Of a DNA stretch of 64,000 nucleotides, positions 50,679 through 59,910 are shown one piece after another. Made by a program: the position numbers and the translations under genes. The DNA lies in assembly GCA_033549025.1 (NCBI GenBank), contig JAWSUS010000005.1:1-64000 (forward strand). Reading direction: 5' to 3'. The stretch comes from Desulfuromonadales bacterium. Lineage in GTDB: Bacteria; Desulfobacterota; Desulfuromonadia; Desulfuromonadales; SZUA-540. Below the pieces are notes generated by a model, which worked only from the letters and a program-made list of their open reading frames with translations, had not been told where the DNA came from and did not search any database. How positions within the stretch are numbered: position 1 is the first letter of the stretch; each line of letters begins with the position of its first letter.

Positions 50679-51263
50679 TCAGGAGTTGGCAGGATCCGGC
50701 GGCGACGCAATGGGGCCTGTGGCCAGCAGGGGGGCCGCGTCGATTTTGCGCGCCTCCATCAGGTCCACGACTTTCTCCAGGGACAGGGTGATGGAGACCC
50801 TTTCGAGCTCCGGCAATTCCTTCAGCGCGTCGGCCAGGGATTCCTGCAAAGGGCTGGGCGCCGCGGTAGCCAGGGCCTGCCCGGCCTCCGTGGCCACTAC
50901 CTGCACCTGTCGGCGGTCGCGGCTGCTGCGCTGACGCACGACCAGGCCCTTCTCTTCGAGGCGGTCGACGATGCCGACCACGGTGCTCGGACTGAGGTAG
51001 ATTTTCTGGGCCAGAACCGTCGTAGGCAGAGGACCGTGGTCGATGAGGGCCAGCAGACAGCCGAGTTGGGGGCCGGTGATGTTGTGCTGCTGGATCAGCT
51101 TCTGCGAGTGGATTTCCGTGGCCCGGATAATGCGCCGCAGGGCCTGGAGAATGCGCAGCTCGTAACTGTTCGTAGGGATGCGGGGTGGTTGGTGGCTGTC
51201 GGCCCCTGTGGCGTTGTGGGTTCCGTGGGGCTTCGGTGTCGGTTTTTCAGGTTGAGACGTCAT
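50679..51263 (-). CDS. MarR-family regulator (EctR/CosR-like) heading the betaine uptake operon
   Basis: LRRIIRA...S.KL...ITGPQL, STVVGIVDRLE.KGLV.R and DRR. Confidence 0.85.
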   Translation of the reverse strand: MTSQPEKPTPKPHGTHNATGADSHQPPRIPTNSYELRILQALRRIIRATEIHSQKLIQQHNITGPQLGCLLALIDHGPLPTTVLAQKIYLSPSTVVGIVDRLEEKGLVVRQRSSRDRRQVQVVATEAGQALATAAPSPLQESLADALKELPELERVSITLSLEKVVDLMEARKIDAAPLLATGPIASPPDPANS

Positions 51264-51288
51264 GTGGTGACCTCTATGGACGAGATGA

Positions 51289-51329
51289 CTTCGAAATACA
51301 TTTCGAAGCAAAAGATTCGTATGCGAATC
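51289..51329. promoter_or_regulatory. Two palindromes, candidate MarR operator
   Basis: CTTCGAAA-TACA-TTTCGAAG (51289-51308) and GATTCG-TATG-CGAATC (51314-51329), downstream of a minus-strand TTGACA (51363-51358). Confidence 0.55.
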
Positions 51330-51391
51330 GTTACAAATAGCACAACCAGCGAAGGGTTGTCAAAAACTGCGTTCAGCGGCAGGTCGGAAAC

Positions 51392-51427
51392 AAAAAAGCC
51401 GGTGCGCACAAAGCGTACCGGCTTTTG
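51392..51427 (-). terminator. Terminator after the DEAD-box helicase
   Basis: A6-GCCGGTGCGC/GCGTACCGGC-TTTT. Confidence 0.75.
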
Positions 51428-51448
51428 GTCAGGATGACAGCGGTTTTA

Positions 51449-52771
51449 TCAGCGGCTGCGGCGGTGAATCACCACGGGCTCGCTTTTGGCCTTGGCGCCA
51501 AAGGGGCGGCTAGCGCCGCCGGTGCGGCGTTGTTGCGGGCGGCCCTCTTCGATTTTGCCGTAGGAGCGTTGCTGGCGCACGGGTTTGCCGCCTTGGGGTT
51601 TGCGACTGGTGCGGCGCGGCTGCGGGTGGAGGCCGCGGGTCGGTTCCAGGCCGGGGACGACATGCTGGGGCAGCGATTGGCCGATGTAGCGCTCAATGCG
51701 CTGCAGGGCCAGGGCGTCGCTCCCGGAAGCGAAAGAGATGGCCGTTCCGGTGGCGCCGGCGCGCCCGGTGCGGCCGATGCGGTGGACATAGTCCTCGGCG
51801 AACTTGGGCAGATCGAAATTGATGACGTGGCTGATGCCGGTGACGTCGATGCCGCGGGCGGCGACGTCCGTGGCGACCAGCAGCTTGACGCGGCCGTTGC
51901 GCAGATCCCGTACGGTGCGGTTGCGGGCGCCCTGGGTCATGTCGCCGTGCAGGGCGGCGGCGCGATGGCCGCGGGAAGACAGCTCCTGAGCCAGGCGGTC
52001 GGCGTCGCGCTTGGTGGCCGAGAAGATGATGGCCTGGTTCATGCTGCCGTCGGTGACCAGGTGTTCGAGCAGGCGTTGTTTGTGTTCCAGATTGTCGGTC
52101 ACATGAAGGCGCTGCTCGATCTTCAGGCTGGTGGAGCCCTGGGTGGCCAGCGCGATCTTGACCGGGTTCTTCAGCAGGGCCATGGCCAGCTTGGTCATGG
52201 CCTGATCGAGAGTGGCGGTAAAGAGCAGGGTCTGGCGGTCGGCCGGGGTGGCGGCGGTGATTTTTTCCACATCCTGCTGAAAGCCCATGTCGAGCATGCG
52301 GTCGGCCTCGTCAAGGACGAGGATTTCGACGCGCGACAGATCGAGGCTGCCGCGATCGAGGTGGTCGATGAGGCGTCCCGGCGTGGCGACGACCAGGTCG
52401 AGGGGCTGGGACAGGGCCTTGAACTGCTCGCGGTAGGGGCTGCCGCCCAGGATGACGGCGCTGCGAACGCGCAGGTACTTGCCGTAGTTGCGGGTGGCGT
52501 CGGTCACCTGGCTGGCCAGCTCGCGGGTCGGCGTCAGAACCAGAATGCGCGGGGCACCCTTGGGGCCTTTTTTCAGGGTGGCCAGACGTTCAAGGGCCGG
52601 CAGCATAAAGGCGGCGGTCTTGCCGGTGCCCGTCTGGGCGCTGGCGATCAGATCCTTGCCCAGCAGGGCCTCGGGAATCGCCTTGGCCTGAATGGGGGTC
52701 GGGGTGGTGTAGCCGCACTCGAGGACGGCTTTGAGGACGGGGGCAGACAGGTTGAGTTCGGTAAAAGACAT
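51449..52771 (-). CDS. DEAD-box RNA helicase (RhlE-like)
   Basis: PTPIQ, AQTGTGKT, PTRELA, TPGR, DEAD, TAT, ARGID, HRIGRTGR and a basic tail. Confidence 0.95.
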   Translation of the reverse strand: MSFTELNLSAPVLKAVLECGYTTPTPIQAKAIPEALLGKDLIASAQTGTGKTAAFMLPALERLATLKKGPKGAPRILVLTPTRELASQVTDATRNYGKYLRVRSAVILGGSPYREQFKALSQPLDLVVATPGRLIDHLDRGSLDLSRVEILVLDEADRMLDMGFQQDVEKITAATPADRQTLLFTATLDQAMTKLAMALLKNPVKIALATQGSTSLKIEQRLHVTDNLEHKQRLLEHLVTDGSMNQAIIFSATKRDADRLAQELSSRGHRAAALHGDMTQGARNRTVRDLRNGRVKLLVATDVAARGIDVTGISHVINFDLPKFAEDYVHRIGRTGRAGATGTAISFASGSDALALQRIERYIGQSLPQHVVPGLEPTRGLHPQPRRTSRKPQGGKPVRQQRSYGKIEEGRPQQRRTGGASRPFGAKAKSEPVVIHRRSR

Positions 52772-53098
52772 GCAGAATCCTTGCTGATTTCGTCAAAGAC
52801 ACACGTCATTGCAGCCGCAAGGCATGAGGCCTTCCTCTAGGCAGACTCGCAAGGACTGGTCGAAGGACGAAACAGTGAATAAAGTTCGGGGTGCGATACC
52901 GCTGGGACAAACGACTGTCTCAAGGGGAACGGCCTTGCACAACACCGTTGGCATGAACGCATCGTCGCCAACCGAAGTGCTGCGCAATATCCAAAGGGAA
53001 TGATTGCAGGGGGGTCAGTGATCGATGGGGCAGAGGAAAAACCGGGCGGGCCGGCGATAGAGGACTTTTCCGCTGGTAGCGTTAACGCTGAATCACGC

Positions 53099-53127
53099 AC
53101 TATAGACACTGTTTGCCTAAAAAGCAA
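53099..53127 (-). promoter_or_regulatory. Putative sigma70 promoter of the helicase gene (~320-nt leader)
   Basis: TTGCTT-N17-TATAGT on the minus strand. Confidence 0.6.
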
Positions 53128-53165
53128 ACAGTTTTTTCGAGGAAGCTGCCGCCGCAGGCCCCTGG

Positions 53166-54230
53166 TCAGTCGACGGAATCGCCTGGAGCCGCGTTGTTTC
53201 TTTCCAGCAGAGGGCGGAGGTTGCCAAGGTCGACCCGGGGTAGGTCGGCGAGTGAACGCAGTGTGAGGAGAAAATCGGCGTGCTCCGGATGGTCGGCCCG
53301 GTGTACGGCCCGGATCCCAAACTCCTGGCGGCTGAAGGTGCCCCAATTGACTAGTTGGCTGAAATAGGCGGCAGCGCCCAGGGTATGGGCCAATTCGACA
53401 AAGGCCGGCATCTCCCGGTAGTTGTTGGCCTGGACGACAAAGCTGAGGGTGAGGGCGATGGGCAGCCCGGCGATGTAGCGCAGGTTAGTGAGCAGCTGCC
53501 GAAAATCCCCGCCATGGCGGTTGAGGGCATAGGTCGCGACCGTGGCGGCGTCGATGGAGATCTCGGCGGTCTGCACATAGGTATGGATCGGCGCCATTGA
53601 CTCCCACAGGGTTTCGGTCCAGAGCTGGCCGTTGCTGTGCAGGCGGATGTTTTTCAGTCGGGGGAAATCCTTGACATCGAAGTGCTGCAGCAGCCCTCGG
53701 TAGGTCGGGCTGCCGAAGGGGTCGCCGGTGCCGCTGAGAATCAGGGTTTCGGCCGAGGGACCCGCTTCACGGCGGATCTTTTCCGTCAGGGAGGTAACGG
53801 TCTTCAGCGCGGTTCCCCGCGCCAGGTGAAAGTCGCGGCGGCAACTGGCGCAGGCCAGATTGCAGCTGCGGTCGTGGCAGAGGTTGAGGGTCTTGGGGCC
53901 GTAGGCCAGGGTGGTGTCGCCGTTCTGCAGCGCCTTCCGGATGTCCGGATCGGCCACCTGTCCCAGGGGGATGACCGGTGCGGTGGCGCTGGCCAGGCGG
54001 GGACAGCGCTGACGGTTGCAGCCGGAAAAGCTGCCATTGAGGATCGCCTTGCGCACCTGGCGGGCCCGTTCGCCATTCCAGATCTGGTCGAGGGGGGCGT
54101 GCAGCAGGTTGCCGATGGCGGTCTTCAGCCAGGCCGGACAGCACAGAAAGACCTGGCCGTCGGGGTGAATCTCGCACCAGTCGAAGGGTTGGGTGCAGAA
54201 CATCTGGGTGCTGGGAAAGGGGGTGGGCAT
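53166..54230 (-). CDS. Radical SAM protein with an N-terminal SPASM/Twitch-like domain
   Basis: CTQPF..DGQVFLCC..IGNL..IWNG..CNRQRC, then CNLACASC, SGTGDPF, SNG and SID. Confidence 0.82.
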   Translation of the reverse strand: MPTPFPSTQMFCTQPFDWCEIHPDGQVFLCCPAWLKTAIGNLLHAPLDQIWNGERARQVRKAILNGSFSGCNRQRCPRLASATAPVIPLGQVADPDIRKALQNGDTTLAYGPKTLNLCHDRSCNLACASCRRDFHLARGTALKTVTSLTEKIRREAGPSAETLILSGTGDPFGSPTYRGLLQHFDVKDFPRLKNIRLHSNGQLWTETLWESMAPIHTYVQTAEISIDAATVATYALNRHGGDFRQLLTNLRYIAGLPIALTLSFVVQANNYREMPAFVELAHTLGAAAYFSQLVNWGTFSRQEFGIRAVHRADHPEHADFLLTLRSLADLPRVDLGNLRPLLERNNAAPGDSVD

Positions 54231-54356
54231 GAGATTTCCTCTGATTTACCTGCTTGGCGGGGACTGTAGCAGAAGGCTGTCGCCGGGGGAAGCCTTTGTC
54301 GAGAAGAAGTTTATATGGATTTTTCTATAAATATCCCTTTTGGGCCCATAAAGCTG

Positions 54357-54420
54357 TTGACAATTTGGTCATAGGGAAAAATAATGTCCAAAGATGTCCA
54401 AATGAAATGACATATGTCAT
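54357..54420 (+). promoter_or_regulatory. sigma70 promoter overlapped by 10-bp-phased ATGTC(C/A) repeats and a palindrome
   Basis: TTGACA(54357)-N17-AATAAT; ATGTCCAAA at 54384 and 54394; ATGTCA at 54414; ATGACATATGTCAT at 54407-54420. Confidence 0.6.
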
Positions 54421-54431
54421 AGGTGATAAAA

Positions 54432-55109
54432 ATGAACGTTTCTGTTAAAGACGCCGCCAAGTTGCTGTCGGTCTCCGAAAAGACCATCTATCGCTGGATC
54501 AAGCAGGAGATCGTGCCGGCCTACAAGGTCCATGAGAGTTATCGCTTCAATCGGGCCGAGCTGCTGGAATGGGCGACGTCGCGGCGCATGGGCATATCGC
54601 CCGAACTATTGTCCGAGCCGGAAGGCGATGCCCTGCCGCTGCCGCACCTGAGCGAGGCCATCGAGGCCGGGGGAATCTTCTACCGCCTGGAGGGGAAAAG
54701 TCGGGACGAGGTGCTGGCCGATGTGGTGGAACATCTGCGACTGCCCGATGAGGTCGATCGCGATTACCTGTGCCGGGTGCTCATCGCTCGCGAAAAGCTG
54801 GCTTCCACCGGCATTGGCGAAGGGATCGCCCTGCCGCATCCGCGCAATCCGTCGCTGCTGCATGTCACCCGACCGACGGTGACGTTGTGCTTTCTTGAGC
54901 AGCCGGTAGATTTTTACGCCCTCGACGGCATCCCGGTTCAGGTGCTCTTTACGCTCATTGCCCCCACCCTGCGCGCGCATCTGCATCTTCTCTCGCTCCT
55001 TGGTTTTGTCCTGCGCGACCGCAACTTTCGCAAGACCCTGGCGGAACCGGGGAGCCGGGAGGAGATTGGCGCGGCGCTGCGTCGCGCCGAGGATCGCTGC
55101 CAAAAATAG
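54432..55109 (+). CDS. Excisionase-like HTH fused to a PTS EIIA (Ntr/Fru-type) domain
   Basis: SVKDAAKLLSVSEKTIYRW..PAYKV..YRF; RE..STGIGEGIALPHPR retains the phospho-His; ALDG and HL.LLS. Confidence 0.88.
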   Translation: MNVSVKDAAKLLSVSEKTIYRWIKQEIVPAYKVHESYRFNRAELLEWATSRRMGISPELLSEPEGDALPLPHLSEAIEAGGIFYRLEGKSRDEVLADVVEHLRLPDEVDRDYLCRVLIAREKLASTGIGEGIALPHPRNPSLLHVTRPTVTLCFLEQPVDFYALDGIPVQVLFTLIAPTLRAHLHLLSLLGFVLRDRNFRKTLAEPGSREEIGAALRRAEDRCQK

Positions 55110-55192
55110 AAGAGGCGGGCCGTCAGGGAAAGACCGGCTGGATCGGTTTTTCGCGATGATGGATTTGAATGATTGTCGGAGTTTTCAGCTGC

Positions 55193-55930
55193 ATGCCCTA
55201 TTCGCTTGATCAGACCAAAAAGAATCTCTATCGCGAGCGTCCCTGGGTCTTCGTCTTCGGGGCGTTGCTCGCTTCGGTCGCCGGGTTTGTCAATGTGGTT
55301 CTGCTCGGGATCTATCATGTGCCGGTCAGTCACATGAGCGGCGCCGTCTCACGCCTGGCCATCGATATCACCACCACCAACCGGGGGGATCTGGTCGGCG
55401 CCTTCTCCATCTTTGCCGGGTTTCTGGCCGGCGCGGTATTGAGCGGTTTGATCATTGGCTCCACGCAAGTCCGCCCTGGTCGACGCTACGGCATCACCAT
55501 GATGATAGAGGGGGCTATTATTGGCGCCGCCACCTTTCTGCTCATGGCCCAGCTGTCTATCGGCATCCCCCTGGCGGCCATGGCCTGCGGTCTGCAAAAC
55601 GCCATGGCCAGCAGCTATTATGGGCTGATCATCCGCACCACCCATGTGTCTGGCATGGTGACGGATATCGGAGTCCTGATCGGACAGGGACTGCGTTACC
55701 GGCACCTCGAGTGGTGGAAGCTTTTTCTGCTGACGACTCTGTTGGGAGGTTTTTTCAGCGGTGGCCTCATCGGCGGCCTCGCGTACGCCTGGGTCGGTAT
55801 CCCGGCGCTTTTGCTTGCCGCCGCCGGCTGCGCGAGTGCCGGTCTCGGCTATTTTCTCTGGAGGCGACGTCACCTGGCTGATTTCCAGTTCGACGGTCCG
55901 GATTTTACTTCACCGAAAGAGATGGTATGA
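55193..55930 (+). CDS. YoaK/DUF1275-family membrane protein
   Basis: AGFVN, SHMSG, GLQNA and RTTHVSGMVTDIG. Alternative start at 55169; stop overlaps the next ATG. Confidence 0.85.
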   Translation: MPYSLDQTKKNLYRERPWVFVFGALLASVAGFVNVVLLGIYHVPVSHMSGAVSRLAIDITTTNRGDLVGAFSIFAGFLAGAVLSGLIIGSTQVRPGRRYGITMMIEGAIIGAATFLLMAQLSIGIPLAAMACGLQNAMASSYYGLIIRTTHVSGMVTDIGVLIGQGLRYRHLEWWKLFLLTTLLGGFFSGGLIGGLAYAWVGIPALLLAAAGCASAGLGYFLWRRRHLADFQFDGPDFTSPKEMV

Positions 55931-57924
55931 ACCTGCTACTTTTGGCGCTCCTGATTTTTGTCGCCACGGGCTTCCTCGCTCTGTGCGGTTCCCGCTGGCC
56001 GCGGCTGGCCGCCGTGCTCGGTGCGGCCGGTATGGTGGCGGGCGCTTTAGCGGGACTGCTGGTGGCTCTGTCGGGTCTGCGTGCCAATGAGCCTCAGTCC
56101 TGGACGCTGGCCTGGGGGGTGCCGGGTGGTCACCTGTCCCTCTACCTGGATCCCCTCGCTGCTTTTTTTCTGTTGCCCATGTGCCTGCTGGCTCTGCTCT
56201 GCGCCCTGTACGCACCGGGATATCTGCAGGGACACGCCCACCCGGCTGCTCTGGGTCCGCACTGGTTTTTCCTGAATATGATGGTTGCGGCCATGATTCT
56301 GGTCGTCGTTGCCGCCAATGCGGTGCTCTTCCTCATGGCCTGGGAGGTCATGACGCTGACTTCCTTCTTTCTGGTGGCCTTTGAGCATCGTCAGGCCGAG
56401 GTGAGAGAGGCCGCCTGGCTTTATCTGGTCGTTGCCCATCTGGGACTGGTACTGTTGCTGGCCTTTTTTGTGGGAGCCGGCACCCTTTGCGGCAGTTTCG
56501 ATTTCGCCGCCTTTGGCTGCCTGTCTCAGTTGTCGTCGTTGACCACCGGTCTGCTTTTTGTCGCCGCCCTGGCCGGTTTCGGCGTCAAAGCCGGTCTTTT
56601 CCCCCTGCATGTCTGGCTGCCCGATGCCCATCCCGCCGCTCCCAGCCATGTGTCGGCCCTGATGTCGGGGGTGCTGGTCAAAATCGGAATATACGGCATT
56701 TTGCGGGTCGGCAGCTTTCTGCCGGCAGCGTTGCCGTTGGCCGGCGTTCTGCTCATGGCCCTGGGTGGCGCCGGCGCTCTCTATGGCATTGTCATGGCCA
56801 ATTTTCAGCGGGATATCAAACGGTGTCTGGCCTACTCGACCATTGAGAATGTGGGGATCATCTTTCTCGGCCTGGGCCTGGGCTTTTTCGCGCAGGCCAA
56901 CGGGCATCCCACGCTGGCCCTCTTCGGGTTTGCCGGCGGCCTGCTGCACATCTGGAATCATGCCCTCTTCAAGGGGCTGCTCTTTCTGGGCGCCGGAAGC
57001 GTTCTGCATGCCACGGGAACGCGGGATATGGATCAGCTCGGCGGCTTGCTCAAGCGCATGCCCTGGACGGGCGGCCTCTTGCTCGGCGGCTGTCTGGCCA
57101 TCGCCGCCCTGCCGCCCTTCAACGGCCTGGTGAGTGAATGGCTCATCTACCTGGGGCTGCTGCAGGAGGGCGTGCTGGATGCCGGTTTCAGCGGCCTGCT
57201 CTCCCTGCTGCTGGTCGGTCTGCTCGGCCTGGTCGGCGCCCTGGCCGTGCTGGCCTTTACCCGTCTGGCCGGGATTGTTCTGCTGGGCAGCCCCCGCAGT
57301 CTGCCCGCCGAGCAGGCACGGGAGTCTTCCCTGTCCCTGCTCGGCCCTATGGGAGCGCTGCTGGCCGGCTGTCTGTTTGTCGGCGTGTTCCCTCAGGGCG
57401 CCTTGTCTCTGTTGGCCTTGCCCCTTGAGCAGCTCGTTCCCGGCGGTCAGGCGGCCCTGGCCCCGGTGCTGTTGCGCGTGGGGAAACTGGGTCAGTTCCA
57501 CGGTCTCATCGGGCTCAGCCTTCTGGTTATCGCCGCCCTCCTTCTCTGGCTCCGTCATCACCGGCCTGTCGCTCGTCGCGGGACCTGGAGCTGTGGCTTT
57601 GCCTTTTCCTCTTCCCGCGGCGAGTATACGGGTGAGGGCTATGCCGAGCTGACCCAGAGCCACCTGGTTCCGCACCTTCTCGCTCCGCAGGTAAATCGCC
57701 CGCTGTTGCGAGGGGTTTTTCCAGGGCGCATAGGCCTAAGCCAGCAGTCCCTCGACCCGGTACTGACCCGTCTGTTCCTGCCCGGCATCGCCAGGGTGAC
57801 CCACTGGTGCGTGCGTCTTCGCTGGCTGCAGCAGGGGCGACTGCATGTCTATCTGCTCTATATTTTCATGGCCTGTACCCTGTTGCTGGCCTGGGGTGTC
57901 TGGGCCGGGAGGGGGGTGCCATGA
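55927..57924 (+). CDS. Ehr/hydrogenase-4 HyfB-like antiporter subunit (EhrA-1)
   Basis: WEVM, KAGLFPLHVWLPDAHPAAPSHVSALMSG, AYSTIEN, NHALFK and PPFNGLVSEW. Confidence 0.88.
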   Translation: MNLLLLALLIFVATGFLALCGSRWPRLAAVLGAAGMVAGALAGLLVALSGLRANEPQSWTLAWGVPGGHLSLYLDPLAAFFLLPMCLLALLCALYAPGYLQGHAHPAALGPHWFFLNMMVAAMILVVVAANAVLFLMAWEVMTLTSFFLVAFEHRQAEVREAAWLYLVVAHLGLVLLLAFFVGAGTLCGSFDFAAFGCLSQLSSLTTGLLFVAALAGFGVKAGLFPLHVWLPDAHPAAPSHVSALMSGVLVKIGIYGILRVGSFLPAALPLAGVLLMALGGAGALYGIVMANFQRDIKRCLAYSTIENVGIIFLGLGLGFFAQANGHPTLALFGFAGGLLHIWNHALFKGLLFLGAGSVLHATGTRDMDQLGGLLKRMPWTGGLLLGGCLAIAALPPFNGLVSEWLIYLGLLQEGVLDAGFSGLLSLLLVGLLGLVGALAVLAFTRLAGIVLLGSPRSLPAEQARESSLSLLGPMGALLAGCLFVGVFPQGALSLLALPLEQLVPGGQAALAPVLLRVGKLGQFHGLIGLSLLVIAALLLWLRHHRPVARRGTWSCGFAFSSSRGEYTGEGYAELTQSHLVPHLLAPQVNRPLLRGVFPGRIGLSQQSLDPVLTRLFLPGIARVTHWCVRLRWLQQGRLHVYLLYIFMACTLLLAWGVWAGRGVP

Positions 57925-59900
57925 CCATGGGATTATTCCTGACCGGGATCCTGCTGCTGCTCTTTTCCGGGTTTCCCGGCCTGATGGCCCGGCGCCAGGC
58001 CCTTTGGGGAGAGCGCTTGAGCTGCCTGCTGACCCTGCTGGGAACGACCTGCGGTCTGGCCGCCGCAATCATGGCCCTGCTGGCGCCGACCACGAATCGC
58101 CTGCGGCTGCCCTGGGGGGTGCCCGGCGCCGAATTCGTGCTGCAGCTCGATGCCCTTTCCGCCCTGTTTCTCCTGCCGCTCTTTCTGGTGGTCAGTGCCG
58201 GCGCGGTCTATGGGCTCGGCTACTGGCCTCAGCGACGGCATGGGGCCAGCGCCAAAAAATTACGCATTTTCTATGGCCTGATCGCCGGCGCTCTCATGCT
58301 GGTGCTGACGGCGCAAAACGGCTTGCTGTTCCTCTTCGCCTGGGAAGCCATGGCCCTGGCCGGTTTCTTTTTAATTACCACCGAAGATGACAAAGAGGAC
58401 AGCCGGCGGGCCGGTCTGATCTATCTGGCGGCGACCCACACGGGCACCCTGGCCCTCTTTGCCCTCTTCGCCCTGCTGGCGTCCGTGGTGGGCTCCTTCG
58501 CCTTTCCCGCGGCGGCCTCCATCGCCTCTGCCGGTACCGGCACGGCCATCTTTCTGCTCGGTCTCTTAGGCTTCGGCCTGAAGGCCGGCATCATGCCTCT
58601 GCATATCTGGCTGCCGGGCGCTCATGCCGCCGCCCCCAGCCATGCCTCGGCGCTGCTCTCGGGGGTCATGATCAAGACCGGCATTTACGGCCTGGTGCGC
58701 CTGACCTCCTTTTACGCCGACATTCCCCTGAGCTGGGGGGTGGGTCTGCTGGTGCTCGGTGCGCTATCCGGCGTGCTGGGGGTGGCTTTGGCCCTGGCCC
58801 AGCATGACATCAAGCGCCTGCTCGCCTATCACAGCGTCGAGAATATCGGCATCATCGTTATCGGTCTGGCCATCGCCCTGCTTGGCCGCACGTTTGAACA
58901 GCCGGCCATGATCCTGCTGGGGATTTCGGGGGCGCTGCTGCACACGGTCAATCACGGCCTCTTCAAGTCCCTGCTGTTTCTGGCGGCGGGGGCGGTCATC
59001 CACTCCACGGGAACCCGCGAGATGGATCACATGGGGGGGCTGTTCCGGCGTCTGCCCTGGACGGCCGCCTGTTTTCTCGGCGGTGCCGTCGCCATCTGCG
59101 GGCTGCCTCCTCTCAACGGTTTTGTCAGTGAGTGGCTGATTTACCTGGGCGCTTTCGATTCGCTAAAGGGGTCGGGAGCCGTTGGTCCATGGGCCGTATT
59201 GGCCGCCCCGGTTCTGGCTCTCATCGGCGCGCTGGCGGTGGCCTGCTTTGTCAAGGTCTTCGGCGTGGTCTTTTTAGGAGAAGCCCGGTGCCCCGCGGCG
59301 GCCACGGCCAAGCCGGCGGTCTGGTCCATGCGTTTGCCCATGCTCGCTCTGCTGACGGCCTGCGCCTGGATCGGCCTGCTCCCCTGGACCCTCGCCCCCC
59401 TGCTGCAGCGGGCCGCGGCGGTCTGGTCGGCGCAGGTCGCAGGACTGGAGCTGGAGGCGCCGCTGGCGCCGCTCTCCCGCCTCAGCCTGGTGGCTGTATT
59501 GTTGCTGCTGACGCTGGCCGGTTTGTGGCTCTGGCTGCAACGACGCGACCATGCCGGGGCCCCGCGGGTGGCTACCTGGGGATGCGGTTATCAATTCCCG
59601 GCCCCTCGCATGCAGTACAGCGCTTCTTCTTTTGCCGACCTGCTGGTTGGACTCTTCCGGGGTGGGCTGTGGACAAGTCGCCATGAACAGCCACCCAAGG
59701 GCCTTTTTCCGGCAAAAACGGGCTTTTCCAGCCACACGCCCGACGCTGTGCTCGACCGTTTCCTGTTGCCGCTCAGTCAGGGATTGGCCTGGCTTTTCAC
59801 CTTGCTGCGGCGTTTTCTGCAGAACGGCAGACCCGCTTTTTATCTGCTCTATATCGCTTTGACCCTGCTGACCCTGCTTATGGTAATCGCCTGCGGTTGA
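57921..59900 (+). CDS. Ehr/hydrogenase-4 HyfB-like antiporter subunit (EhrA-2)
   Basis: Paralogous motifs KAGIMPLHIWLPGAH, AYHSVEN and PPLNGFVSEW. Start at 57921 overlaps the previous stop. Confidence 0.88.
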   Translation: MTMGLFLTGILLLLFSGFPGLMARRQALWGERLSCLLTLLGTTCGLAAAIMALLAPTTNRLRLPWGVPGAEFVLQLDALSALFLLPLFLVVSAGAVYGLGYWPQRRHGASAKKLRIFYGLIAGALMLVLTAQNGLLFLFAWEAMALAGFFLITTEDDKEDSRRAGLIYLAATHTGTLALFALFALLASVVGSFAFPAAASIASAGTGTAIFLLGLLGFGLKAGIMPLHIWLPGAHAAAPSHASALLSGVMIKTGIYGLVRLTSFYADIPLSWGVGLLVLGALSGVLGVALALAQHDIKRLLAYHSVENIGIIVIGLAIALLGRTFEQPAMILLGISGALLHTVNHGLFKSLLFLAAGAVIHSTGTREMDHMGGLFRRLPWTAACFLGGAVAICGLPPLNGFVSEWLIYLGAFDSLKGSGAVGPWAVLAAPVLALIGALAVACFVKVFGVVFLGEARCPAAATAKPAVWSMRLPMLALLTACAWIGLLPWTLAPLLQRAAAVWSAQVAGLELEAPLAPLSRLSLVAVLLLLTLAGLWLWLQRRDHAGAPRVATWGCGYQFPAPRMQYSASSFADLLVGLFRGGLWTSRHEQPPKGLFPAKTGFSSHTPDAVLDRFLLPLSQGLAWLFTLLRRFLQNGRPAFYLLYIALTLLTLLMVIACG

Positions 59901-59910
59901 GGAGGCTTCG

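Noticed and set aside
52780..52880. GGACGAAAC resembling a hammerhead ribozyme core
   Set aside because: No CUGANGA with a matching stem II is present; the segment instead can pair with TTTCGTC upstream.
54432..54600. Excisionase-like HTH as a sign of a prophage or ICE
   Set aside because: It is fused to a PTS EIIA domain and heads a metabolic operon; no mobile genes are nearby.
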